Positions 31,797 through 39,206 of a stretch of DNA of 63,433 nucleotides are shown in pieces. Numbering within the stretch: the first letter of the stretch is position 1; every line of letters begins with the position of its first letter. The stretch comes from a virus, in the IMG/VR virus record IMGVR_UViG_3300019860_000021, positions 1-63,433 of that record; one strand, given 5' to 3'. Under the pieces are notes generated by a model. That model was given only the letters and a program-made list of their open reading frames with translations, was not told the DNA's origin and searched no databases. Position numbers and translations under genes: made by a program.

Positions 31797-31985
31797 TCAG
31801 CCAGTCGCGTAGACCACAGCCCGCCACACAATCCACACAACCAGCCCCAGCGGAACCAGCAAACCCGGTCCGATCGTGACCGCAAGCGCCACCCTGCCCG
31901 GGTCCCAATAGTCCCGCCATCTCTCCCTCACCGTGCGGCGGCCTGTCCCCTCCCCATGGCACACGCCTATCCCATCAACGGTCAA
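31797..31985 (-). CDS. small membrane protein (62 aa)
   Basis: TM VALAVTIGPGLLVPLGLVVWIVWRAVVY. Start coupled to the endolysin stop. Confidence 0.45.
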   Translation of the reverse strand: MTVDGIGVCHGEGTGRRTVRERWRDYWDPGRVALAVTIGPGLLVPLGLVVWIVWRAVVYATG

Positions 31986-32854
31986 CCCACGGTGAGCCTC
32001 TTCGCGGTCAGTGACTCGACTTCCAGGTGCCGAGGCACCCCACCCGTGCTGCTTCCGGAGACCTTTGTCGCCTGGTGTTTGGCGACGGCGGCGATGAGCT
32101 GGGCAAACGCGTGCCCGGTGACCTGGTCTCCGTAGCCGGGGAGGGCGCGACTGCCCACATCAGCCCGGCACAGCCGCAGCCCCTCAGCAGTGCCATCCCC
32201 ATACACGCCGTCCACGCCGGCGGGTCCGAGCGCCGTCCCGTGCCCCGCCAACCGGATGAGTTCTTGCAGGGCCTCGACGGCCTCGCCTCGATCGCCCTTT
32301 TTCAGCCCGATCAACATGTCCTCCCAACTGCTCGTTCCGCCCCACGTAGCGGGCTTGCTGAACACCCCGTCGCGGACCATCCGGTAAAGCGCATCCCCGG
32401 GACAGGACGTGGAGACGAAGTCGCGATGGCCTTTGACCGTCCCGGCGATCCCCGCGGTTTCCATGAGCCATGCGCGCAGCTGCCGGACCGCGTTGATCTG
32501 GACATCGGTGATCGTGTCGGTGGGCCCGCACATGAGCGTCACCGAGTAGTAGGTCGTGTTCCCCCCGGGCTGGGCGGCCTGGGTTTTGTACAGCCCGCGC
32601 CCCTCGAAAACATACGAATGCGGGCAAACTCCCCAGGAGTAGCCGATGTCCGCCCAGCCGCGCGCCGGTCCGGTGTGGAACGCGCGGGTGTTCTTCCAGT
32701 AGCTGATACAGGCGCTGTGGTCTTTGGCCGCGAGGTTTTGGTTTGATCCGTCGTAGTGGATGACTAGCCCCAGCTTCGGGTTGGCGGACGCGGCCGGGGA
32801 GCGCCCCCACCCGAGATCAGAACGTGACACATACCGGTCAGGGCGTGGCATCAT
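31982..32854 (-). CDS. endolysin: N-acetylmuramoyl-L-alanine amidase (Amidase_2/PGRP) + PG_binding_1
   Basis: GLVIHYDGS...GWADIGYSW...KGHRDFVSTSCPG, then C-terminal GDRGEAVEALQELIRLAGHG...VDGVYGDGTAEGL. Confidence 0.9.
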   Translation of the reverse strand: MMPRPDRYVSRSDLGWGRSPAASANPKLGLVIHYDGSNQNLAAKDHSACISYWKNTRAFHTGPARGWADIGYSWGVCPHSYVFEGRGLYKTQAAQPGGNTTYYSVTLMCGPTDTITDVQINAVRQLRAWLMETAGIAGTVKGHRDFVSTSCPGDALYRMVRDGVFSKPATWGGTSSWEDMLIGLKKGDRGEAVEALQELIRLAGHGTALGPAGVDGVYGDGTAEGLRLCRADVGSRALPGYGDQVTGHAFAQLIAAVAKHQATKVSGSSTGGVPRHLEVESLTAKRLTVG

Positions 32855-33294
32855 CCATCACCATCCCTACGTGGAGCAGGCCTAGGCAGATTGATCGTGC
32901 GGGCTTCGATCCGGTTCACGGCGTCCCTCAGGCTGCCCCCAGCGTTGGGGTGCAGCTCATGGACGATCTCGGCCACCTGCTCCTTGACCTCACAGATCTC
33001 CTCGCGCAGCCCTTTTACGGCGGTCTCGACCTTGCCGAGCCGTTCGGGGAACCCGGGGCGGCCAGGAACTCCTGGCCTGGGCGCTTCACCGAACCAGTCG
33101 TCAAAGAAATGCCCGATCTTGCGCGCCACCCGAAACAATGCGCGAAGCGCGCGCCACAGAGTCACCAGCGCGGCTGCTATCGCGCCAGCACCCACGATCC
33201 ACAGTCCGAGCGCCGTGGCGTCAGGGGGATGCATAAGCCTCTCCAATATCCATTTCGGCGATTCCCCCCTATGCGGCATGTCCCTTTTGTACAA
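32851..33294 (-). CDS. membrane-anchored coiled-coil protein upstream of endolysin
   Basis: TM ALGLWIVGAGAIAAALVTLW, then a helical KVETAVKGLREEICEVKEQVAEIV. 4-nt overlap with the endolysin start. Confidence 0.5.
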   Translation of the reverse strand: MYKRDMPHRGESPKWILERLMHPPDATALGLWIVGAGAIAAALVTLWRALRALFRVARKIGHFFDDWFGEAPRPGVPGRPGFPERLGKVETAVKGLREEICEVKEQVAEIVHELHPNAGGSLRDAVNRIEARTINLPRPAPRRDGDG

Positions 33295-33417
33295 TCAGTA
33301 TGCCAGCCTTGCGTCGCGCTGGCCTGCGCATGAGGACATGCTGATCTCAAGGGGTCCCGGCAGTACAAAGGCCCCGGGCGGTTGAAGGGGTTGCGCCCGG
33401 GGCCTACTCTTGCCCCG

Positions 33418-33585
33418 CTATCGGGCGCGCTGTGCCAGTCGGTCCAGGTCCTCCCTCCGGTACAGGTGGGTGCGGCCCCGCCGGTCCACCGGCTCCGGCC
33501 AGACGTCGGCGTACCGCTTCCGCCACGTCTGGGTGAGGGTGGACACCGCCAGGTCGTGTTCGGCCGCGTATTCGGCGAGCGTCAC
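33418..33585 (-). CDS. small excisionase/MerR-like HTH protein (55 aa)
   Basis: GTG at 33585: VTLAEYAAEHDLAVSTLTQTWRKRYADVWPEPVDRRGRTHLYRREDLDRLAQRAR. Not listed in the track (<60 aa). Confidence 0.5.
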   Translation of the reverse strand: MTLAEYAAEHDLAVSTLTQTWRKRYADVWPEPVDRRGRTHLYRREDLDRLAQRAR

Positions 33586-33775
33586 CCCCCTCGGTGGGGG
33601 TGGTGTCGGGCAGGGGCAGACCGCGGGCGAACTCGGCGAGGTCGGCTTCCCGGTACGTGTTGGACGGTTTGCCGCGTCTGCTGGGGCGGGTGCCGACCGG
33701 GCGCGGGAAGTTCTTGCGGCGCTGGTATCGGCGCAGGATGCCTGGAGGAGGGGGCGCCCGCCACCGCGCCCCCAC
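33586..33775 (-). CDS. possible upstream half-paralog or frameshifted N-part of the HTH gene
   Basis: ..ILRRYQRRKNFPRPVGTRPSRRGKPSNTYREADLAEFARGL repeats the pattern of the downstream ORF. The frames meet at a G6 run (plus-strand C6, 33585-33590). Confidence 0.25.
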
Positions 33776-33794
33776 TTATTGAGTCAAGCCGGTG

Positions 33795-34154
33795 TCACAG
33801 CACCCCGCCTGGGTGGACCTCACCCGCGCACGGCCCGCACATCGCCACCGGCTGCCACCCCCACGGCGCGGGGAACACCACCCGCGTGGTCGCCTCCCCA
33901 ACGCACAATCCCTGGCCATCCTCGTTGACCATGCGGTGGGCATGGGCGACCTGGCACAGGCAGCGGCAGGTCGGCAGCGAGAACCGCCGCCCCACCTCCG
34001 CCAGTGCCGCCTGACCCTCGGGAGTCTGCGCCCACTCCACCAGCGGACGGAACGCCTCGCTGACTTTCCTGAACGCCTCTCGGTAGCGGTCGAGGATCTG
34101 CTCCCAGACCTGCCGGACCGCCTCGTACTGCTGCTGTAGTTCCTGGTTGGTCAT
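33795..34154 (-). CDS. Cys-rich hypothetical protein (119 aa)
   Basis: ORF trimmed to the ATG at 34154 (MTNQELQQQYEAV...). CRCLC...C...CGPC cluster. Confidence 0.5.
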   Translation of the reverse strand: MTNQELQQQYEAVRQVWEQILDRYREAFRKVSEAFRPLVEWAQTPEGQAALAEVGRRFSLPTCRCLCQVAHAHRMVNEDGQGLCVGEATTRVVFPAPWGWQPVAMCGPCAGEVHPGGVL

Positions 34155-34168
34155 ACTTCCCCCTGGTC

Positions 34169-34453
34169 TCAGCACCCGGTGCAGGCGAACTGGTCGACTG
34201 CCGCGCCCACCGGGCGAATGAACGGCTCATAGCCGACGACACCGAACCCCTTGATGTCGTAGGCCATGACGTACTGCGGAAGCGTGAACGCCCCCATGTC
34301 AACGGAATTGTCGTCAGCGACCACCGGGACGATCACCTCCTTCAGGGGCTCCACCTCCGGCAGACGCGCAAGGCCGACAGCGAGGAGTTCGCCGCGGACC
34401 TCGGTGCCGCCTCGTTGAGGCGCGCGCAGGAACTCGACGATCGAGTCACTCAC
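34169..34453 (-). CDS. hypothetical protein (94 aa)
   Basis: GTG at 34453 overlaps the upstream stop (GTGAGTGA): VSDSIVEFLRAPQRGG... Confidence 0.5.
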   Translation of the reverse strand: MSDSIVEFLRAPQRGGTEVRGELLAVGLARLPEVEPLKEVIVPVVADDNSVDMGAFTLPQYVMAYDIKGFGVVGYEPFIRPVGAAVDQFACTGC

Positions 34454-34673
34454 CGGTGGTGGCCTTTCGCAGGTCGGTGCGGGCGCCCTGGCCGGGCCGC
34501 TGGAAGCGGATGATGGTCGCCGGCCGCCAGGCGGGTGAGCGGCCGAACACGGCGTCGGGTTCGGGGAGTTCCCCGCGTCCACGGGCTCGGTAGGTGCGGA
34601 CGGTGTTGTAGGAGACTCCCCAGTGGTCGGCGATGTCTCTCAGGGTCCAGTAGTCGGCGTTGGGATCAGGCAT
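34446..34673 (-). CDS. excisionase-like HTH protein (75 aa)
   Basis: YWTLRDIADHWGVSYNTVRTYRARGRGELPEPDAVFGRSPAWRPATI is an HTH_17/Xis-type pattern. Confidence 0.7.
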   Translation of the reverse strand: MPDPNADYWTLRDIADHWGVSYNTVRTYRARGRGELPEPDAVFGRSPAWRPATIIRFQRPGQGARTDLRKATTGE

Positions 34674-34696
34674 GGCTCCTCCTCTGTGTCTGCGTG

Positions 34697-34774
34697 ATGT
34701 TGACGTAGTGTAGTCGACCTTGACTCAACTCTATGTTGACAAGGTTCTCTCTCTTTGGCTAACATTGTCAACAT
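34697..34774. promoter_or_regulatory. divergent regulatory region with ATGTTGAC repeats
   Basis: ATGTTGACg at 34697-34705. ATGTTGACA (34733-34741) is inverted with TGTCAACAT (34766-34774). gacaaggtt occurs twice. Confidence 0.5.
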
Positions 34775-34800
34775 CAAGGCGACAAGGTTGGAGGAGGGCC

Positions 34801-35199
34801 ATGAACAACACCAAGACCACCGCCCGCTGCGCCCGCTGCGGCCGCGCGCTCACCAGCGCCCGCGCACTGCGCACCGGCTACGGCCCCCGCTGCTACACGA
34901 TGGTCCGCGCCGCCGCCCGCGAGGTCGCTGCCCAGCACAAGCCCCACCAGGTCGCCAAAGCCACCGAGCTCATCGAGGACGGCGGCGTAGTCCCCACCAC
35001 CCGCACCGGCGTCTACTACACCGTCGGCACCAACGGCGAGATCTACAAGACCGCCCGCACCGGCTGCACCTGCCCCGCCGGCCTGACCGGCCGCTACGTC
35101 TGCTACCACCGCATCGCCGTCGAGATCGTCGAGGCCACCTACCAGCCGGCCGCCTACCAACTGATCCGCACCCCGATCGCGCTCGGCCTCGCCGCCTAA
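34801..35199 (+). CDS. DUF6011-like N-terminus + SWIM zinc-finger protein
   Basis: CARCGRALTSARALRTGYGPRC (DUF6011-type) and CTCPAGLTGRYVCYH (SWIM CxCxnCxH). ATG at 34801 after GGAGGAGGG. Confidence 0.7.
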   Translation: MNNTKTTARCARCGRALTSARALRTGYGPRCYTMVRAAAREVAAQHKPHQVAKATELIEDGGVVPTTRTGVYYTVGTNGEIYKTARTGCTCPAGLTGRYVCYHRIAVEIVEATYQPAAYQLIRTPIALGLAA

Positions 35200-35307
35200 C
35201 CCCCAGCCAAACACAAACGAGGCCAAGGCCCGCCAGGCGGCGCGCCGCCCAGCCAACCTCACCCGCTAACCACACCCCACAGAAAGGAACACAGAAAGGA
35301 CACCGCC

Positions 35308-35463
35308 ATGAACTACCACTACTGGTACTACTGGCAGGACCCCTACTTCGACACCGACCCCGACGACTGGTGGGACGGCGAAGACCCCGACGACGACCCC
35401 GACGACGACGCCTACGACACCAACGACCCGCGTATGGCCATCCTCCTCACCCCAGGCGCCTAA
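35308..35463 (+). CDS. 51-aa hyper-acidic aromatic-rich protein
   Basis: AGAAAGGA SD 8 nt upstream: MNYHYWYYWQDPYFDTDPDDWWDGEDPDDDPDDDAYDTNDPRMAILLTPGA. Below the ORF-track cutoff. Confidence 0.45.
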   Translation: MNYHYWYYWQDPYFDTDPDDWWDGEDPDDDPDDDAYDTNDPRMAILLTPGA

Positions 35464-35517
35464 CCCCCCAAAAAAGGCCCCGCCACCACCACGGTGACGG
35501 GGCCTACTCTTATCCCC

Positions 35518-35790
35518 ATGAACGACGATCACATCATTCGCGCCCGAGCCCTAATCCACCACGACGACCCGAGAATTGCCCGCGAACTCGCCCGCACACG
35601 CCCCCGTACCGCCTCCCCCGACGAGGCGTACTGGCAGGCAGCCCTCCGCGTCGCCAAGCAGGACGAGCGCCGCGAACTCGCCCAGCGGCACCCCGCGGCC
35701 TACACCATCGGATACACGCTCGGCTGTCTCACCCTGCTAGCAGCCCCCGCGCTTCTCGGCGCCGCCATCACCTGGTGGATTCTCACCTAA
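35518..35790 (+). CDS. hypothetical protein with C-terminal TM (90 aa)
   Basis: ATG at 35518. C-terminal LGCLTLLAAPALLGAAITWWIL. Confidence 0.45.
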   Translation: MNDDHIIRARALIHHDDPRIARELARTRPRTASPDEAYWQAALRVAKQDERRELAQRHPAAYTIGYTLGCLTLLAAPALLGAAITWWILT

Positions 35791-35794
35791 CGAG

Positions 35795-36367
35795 CTACCA
35801 GTCCGGGCACACGTGCTCGTGCACAATCTCCATCAGCCGTTCAGCTTCCTCCCTCGTGGTTGGACGTCTCCCGAAGTCATAGTCCTCGTGCAGCCAGACC
35901 GCCTCGATGTAGTCGATCGCAGCCTGCTCACCCTCATCCCTGAGCGTCACGCACACGTCCTGGCCACGCGCGACCACAGAATCCTCATCCGGGAACACAA
36001 ACCCCCGGTCAAGGTCGCGCACATCAGCCAGGTAGGCGGCACGCTCCTCCCCTTCAAGAGCCGGGGGAAACCCAAGCTCCTCAAACGAGACCTCATCTTC
36101 AGGGGTTTCACTGGGCTCCGGGCTCGGCGACACAGACTCCTCAGGAGAGGCCGACCCTGCCGCGCTACTCTCCGCAGCAGGCGGGGCGGGATCCGCTGGT
36201 GCGACGATCGCGGCGACACACCCTGCCATCAACACCAGACCGATCAACGCGCCGCAACCGCCACACCCCGCCAACGCGACCTTCGCCCCCGCTGACATGC
36301 CCTGCTGACGCACAGGGGAAGAATGGGGCGGCTGCTGTTGATATGGGGGATGCATGAGGTCCTCCAA
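35795..36367 (-). CDS. membrane-anchored/secreted protein with two-Cys C-domain
   Basis: TM AKVALAGCGGCGALIGLVLMAGCVAAIV, an acidic Ser/Pro linker, then a C-domain with QDVCVTL...HEHVCPDW (DUF732-like layout). Confidence 0.55.
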   Translation of the reverse strand: MEDLMHPPYQQQPPHSSPVRQQGMSAGAKVALAGCGGCGALIGLVLMAGCVAAIVAPADPAPPAAESSAAGSASPEESVSPSPEPSETPEDEVSFEELGFPPALEGEERAAYLADVRDLDRGFVFPDEDSVVARGQDVCVTLRDEGEQAAIDYIEAVWLHEDYDFGRRPTTREEAERLMEIVHEHVCPDW

Positions 36368-36437
36368 CAGAAACTAGGGGTTGTCACCCCGTGAGATTAG
36401 CCGCCCCGCCACTAAGTTCGAGCTAAAAACGGTATTT

Positions 36438-37433
36438 TCACGCCACCCGGTAGCGCCACCGCGTCGACAGGTGACCCTCCTCCAACTCGGCTAGGAAACG
36501 CGCCCACTCACACCCGCCACGGCCCCGCAACTCGGGTGGGATGATCTGCGCGGCGAACTCGATCTCCGGCTGACGCATCCCCTCACCCGCAGCCCGTTCC
36601 ACCAACCCGGCGAGCTGATCGGGCGCATCCGCCTGATAACCCAGTCCTTCTTTGTACACGCGGGCTTCCAAGGTGCGACCCTGATCCCGAGTCTCATTAC
36701 GACGCCGAGTCAGCCACGCGGGCAACACCACAGGCTTCCCCAAACACCACGCCTCATAAATAGTGGACCCGCCGTCAGCGATGACCACATCCGCATCCAC
36801 ATACTGGGCGAACGTCGCCTGATGGCCAGGGGAGTGACGCGGATGCGGCGCCAACACCACCTCGAACTTCTCCTCATCCAACAGACCGGCCACCTGATCG
36901 CGGTGCCACCACGACGTCGCGCGAGCACCCGGCGCATCAGGATTACCGTTACGCCACCGCTCCGATCCGCCACCATGGGTAGGCGCATACAACACCTTGA
37001 TCCGGCCATCCCCTGACCAGAAACCCGCCCCGTCCACCTCGCCACGAAACAACGGATCCAGCTTCGGATAGCCCGCCACGTGCAGCTTCCGCAGCGGAAA
37101 CCCGTCCCGCAACAGCACCTCAGCAAACGCCGGACCAGGCAGCAACACGTGGTGGTGGAACCGATACCCCTGCCGATACCCCTTGTCCGCCAACCCGTGA
37201 GAAACCCCCACCGACACCCGGTCACGCCGATACGAACCGTGCACATAAGTGGGGCGCGTATTGGGATACACGTTGACCGCCCCCATCTCAGGTTGGCGGC
37301 CGACCGTGTAGGGCACACCCATCTCGGCAAGAGCGTCCCACACGGGCTGGAAGTAACGGTGCAGCTGCCCACCGACGATCATCTCGTCCCGGGCCTCATC
37401 CCAGGACGTAGAGTTCATACAAAAGTGAATCAC
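36438..37433 (-). CDS. GT-B fold, TagB/TagF (glycerophosphotransferase)-like enzyme
   Basis: VAGYPKLDPLF, KVLYAPTHGGG, VVLAPHPRH and ADVVIADGGSTIYEAWCLGKPVVL parallel the recalled TagF motifs (GYPRxD, ILYAPTWR, KxHP, ITDYSSxxFD..kPiif). Confidence 0.55.
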   Translation of the reverse strand: MIHFCMNSTSWDEARDEMIVGGQLHRYFQPVWDALAEMGVPYTVGRQPEMGAVNVYPNTRPTYVHGSYRRDRVSVGVSHGLADKGYRQGYRFHHHVLLPGPAFAEVLLRDGFPLRKLHVAGYPKLDPLFRGEVDGAGFWSGDGRIKVLYAPTHGGGSERWRNGNPDAPGARATSWWHRDQVAGLLDEEKFEVVLAPHPRHSPGHQATFAQYVDADVVIADGGSTIYEAWCLGKPVVLPAWLTRRRNETRDQGRTLEARVYKEGLGYQADAPDQLAGLVERAAGEGMRQPEIEFAAQIIPPELRGRGGCEWARFLAELEEGHLSTRWRYRVA

Positions 37434-37591
37434 CGGCGCACCACCCTCCGCTCTGCCGCATACAAGGCGCGCCGCTGCGCCTCAGCGGCCTGACGCGTGT
37501 CATGCACGCCCATGGTGCGCTCCGGTTGGCGGCCCTCAGCGAGCTTGACCACCACCCACTTGCTGCCACGCTTACGGATCCCATAGGGCAT
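37430..37591 (-). CDS. small basic protein (53 aa)
   Basis: ATG at 37591 overlaps the upstream stop (TAATG): MPYGIRKRGSKWVVVKLAEGRQPERTMGVHDTRQAAEAQRRALY. Confidence 0.4.
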   Translation of the reverse strand: MPYGIRKRGSKWVVVKLAEGRQPERTMGVHDTRQAAEAQRRALYAAERRVVRR

Positions 37592-38367
37592 TAGGCAGTC
37601 TCCTCTACCCGGGGCAGGCCGCCATCCTCGACATCCCCCACCACACCAGAAGGATCCTCCACAGCCTCCTCCTGCGGGCTGGTCTCCTCCACAAGACATC
37701 GGCGGGCGACGAGCATGCCGCGCCGCTGCGGGTTCTTCCGCCACCGAATCACCTGCGGCTCATCGTGCAGACGCCCGTCTTCGTCCTCAAACTGCCAACC
37801 GTCGCCGAGCACCCGCAGCGCACCCTCCACAACCCCATACTCGGGGTTCCCCGCATCATGCAGCACCACCACCGCACCCTCAGACAGGTGCGGCAGCCAC
37901 GCCTCCAAATCCCGGGCCACCGCATCCGCGCTGTGCTCCGCGTCATGCCACAACAGCCCCACCGGGCCACCCACCCACTTACGGCCGATCGTGTGCGCAT
38001 ACCCTCTCTTCACCGTCAACCGGTCCGGGGTCGCACCAATCGCATCCATATGCTGCTTAAACACCGCATAGGTCTCCGCGCGCCCATACAACACCGACAG
38101 CTCTTCCGGCGTGTCCTGCCGGGGCTTATACAGCGTCCACGGATCCACCGTCGTCACATGCGCCCCCTGCCCCTCGGAGGCGCCGAGCAGCAGCCACCCA
38201 GTCGCCCTGCCCTGGTAGGCGCCCAGCTCCACAATCGCCTCATCGGCGGGTACCTGCGCGGCAAGCGCACGCAGCCGCTGGCACACCGCCAACTCCACCA
38301 ACCCCGGATGCCGCAACCGGCGCGGCCACCACCGCGTCACTAACCCCGCATTAATCACCGTGCTCAT
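37591..38367 (-). CDS. class I SAM-dependent methyltransferase (Methyltransf_24-like)
   Basis: IVELGAYQGRATGWLLLGA...VTTVDPW...LLWHDAEHSADAVARDLEAWLPHLSEGAVVVLHD. Confidence 0.75.
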   Translation of the reverse strand: MSTVINAGLVTRWWPRRLRHPGLVELAVCQRLRALAAQVPADEAIVELGAYQGRATGWLLLGASEGQGAHVTTVDPWTLYKPRQDTPEELSVLYGRAETYAVFKQHMDAIGATPDRLTVKRGYAHTIGRKWVGGPVGLLWHDAEHSADAVARDLEAWLPHLSEGAVVVLHDAGNPEYGVVEGALRVLGDGWQFEDEDGRLHDEPQVIRWRKNPQRRGMLVARRCLVEETSPQEEAVEDPSGVVGDVEDGGLPRVEETA

Positions 38368-38624
38368 TCCCCCTCCTCATCCTGCGGCCACGGGTCGCCC
38401 TCCAACCGTCCCGTGTACATGCGAGACGCAACCACCCGCGCACTCGGATACTCCGCGTTCAGCCAGTTGATCACGTGCTCAGCCGCCATCTGCAGCGCCT
38501 CATCCACCACCTGCTTTGCTGCGCCACCCGGCAGGTCCGACTCAAAAATCCACGTCAGCCACGGCGCGTCATCCACCGTGGACACGTTATAGCGGACCCG
38601 ATAGGCGCCCTCAGGAACAGCCAT
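38364..38624 (-). CDS. hypothetical protein (86 aa)
   Basis: ORF coupled to the methyltransferase gene. No motif. Confidence 0.5.
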   Translation of the reverse strand: MAVPEGAYRVRYNVSTVDDAPWLTWIFESDLPGGAAKQVVDEALQMAAEHVINWLNAEYPSARVVASRMYTGRLEGDPWPQDEEGE

Positions 38625-38642
38625 CCCCCATTCCCCCTTCTC

Positions 38643-39185
38643 TTATTGGACACGCGTATAGAACACCCGGGTGCGGGTCGCACCCCGCAGCGTGGTCGGC
38701 GTAGAGTGCGCGTTCCACTGCGCAAACTGCAACACCGCCTCACCGGACAGCCCACCCACCTGGATAGACCCGTACTCAAGCACCGCGTGGAAATTGTCCG
38801 GCCCCGAACCCTCGGCACGCATCTCCGTCGTCGCCGCCGGAGAACGCAACAGAATCCTCCCGCCCGCGATGAGCGAAATCGCCTGGTTGTCGACCAGCGC
38901 ATAGCTCGCGGTCTGTCGAGGCATGCTCGTCCCCGTAGGCACATCCCACGCCCACCGGATCCCCCCGCCTCCCATACCACCGCCGGTGTTACTCGCCGTA
39001 TAGGTCAACACCAGCTGGTACCAGTAGGTAGCCCCCGACTCCAGCGGGATGATGATCTCTGTAGGCACCAGCGCCGTCGAGTTGACGACCTCCTGGTTTT
39101 CTGACTGGGCGACCATTTTCATGCGGGCCGCGTTCAACCGGTCCGCAGTGATGGTCTGCCCCGCAAACCATTGCGGAAAAGGCAT
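38643..39185 (-). CDS. putative minor tail / receptor-binding accessory protein (180 aa)
   Basis: Last ORF of the tail block. Gly-rich beta-type sequence. Call is by position only. Confidence 0.5.
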   Translation of the reverse strand: MPFPQWFAGQTITADRLNAARMKMVAQSENQEVVNSTALVPTEIIIPLESGATYWYQLVLTYTASNTGGGMGGGGIRWAWDVPTGTSMPRQTASYALVDNQAISLIAGGRILLRSPAATTEMRAEGSGPDNFHAVLEYGSIQVGGLSGEAVLQFAQWNAHSTPTTLRGATRTRVFYTRVQ

Positions 39186-39206
39186 GCTTCCCCCTTCACT
39201 CTCTAT

